Source: a virus
IMG/VR virus record: IMGVR_UViG_3300042261_001653
Location: 3,826-67,825 of that record
Length of the DNA stretch: 64,000 nucleotides
Reading direction: 5' to 3' (one strand)
Under the pieces are notes generated by a model. The model made no database searches. It was not told where the DNA came from and saw only the letters and a program-made list of their open reading frames with translations. A program made the translations under genes and the position numbers. Shown piece by piece: positions 63,633 through 64,000 of the stretch. The first letter of the stretch is position 1. Every line of letters begins with the position of its first letter.

Positions 63633-63824
63633 TTATGGGTGACTAAACAAGGGCCTTGGTAGCGGTGCAGGTACTACGACTACTGGTGGCCCAACTACAA
63701 TAGGCGCAGGAGCAATAATTACTGGCGCAGGCCTGGGTGCTACAATAACCGCTGGGGGAGGCGGGTCAACTACGACGGCACAGCCACCCATTAATAACAA
63801 AGCTAACAATATTAATTTACGCAT
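63633..63824 (-). CDS. Proline-rich small lipoprotein
   Basis: MRKLILLALLLMGGC lipobox, P/V repeats. Confidence 0.7.
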   Translation of the reverse strand: MRKLILLALLLMGGCAVVVDPPPPAVIVAPRPAPVIIAPAPIVVGPPVVVVPAPLPRPLFSHP

Positions 63825-64000
63825 ATTGATATTCTACTATTAATTCTTTTTATCCACAATTTGATATGTTTTTATTTTTATAGTTAAAGATGAACATCAA
63901 CTGACTACGAATGACTAACAAAGAGTGTGTAAACCAAAGGTCAGGCGCATTGGTACTGTTAAACCTAGACCAAGACCAGTGCGATCTAAAATACGTCACG

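Noticed and set aside
1-64000. Stop-codon reassignment, as found in some jumbo phages
   Set aside because: Long genes are intact under code 11, and TAG and TGA both end recognisable genes at expected C-termini.

Overview
AT-rich fragment of a large (jumbo-type) tailed phage genome using the standard genetic code. 1-5.3 kb: replication and nucleotide genes (truncated replisome-organizer-like protein, RNase HI, methyltransferases, ThyX, DUF6378). 5.3-23.4 kb: probable virion-core and transcription module (SNF2 helicase, LAGLIDADG and HNH endonucleases, and many small-to-medium proteins sharing an F-x-x-G-F...K-x-A motif). The main feature is a bacterial-like multisubunit RNA polymerase scattered over four genes: beta-N (22686-23381), beta-middle (34964-35653, opposite strand), a beta-C/beta'-N fusion with the catalytic loop SLDTDGD (9468-12491) and beta'-C (15379-17277). 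No alpha or sigma is recognisable in the window. 24-34 kb: large structural proteins. 34.6-49.6 kb: dCMP deaminase, dUTPase, intein-containing class II RNR, Tmk and Hsp20, interleaved with minus-strand mini-units bounded by a conserved GGTATAAYTAWYTGA promoter-like motif and hairpin+Tn-AGCT/AACC terminators. This region also holds a tmRNA with a 34-residue tag and an unassigned ~295-nt multi-hairpin RNA. 49.7-51 kb: solo TnpB with a structured 3' tail. 51-62.8 kb: tail/receptor-binding module (duplicated beta-helix proteins, Ig and LamG domains) and a holin-like gene. All calls come from reading motifs by eye; no searches were run.
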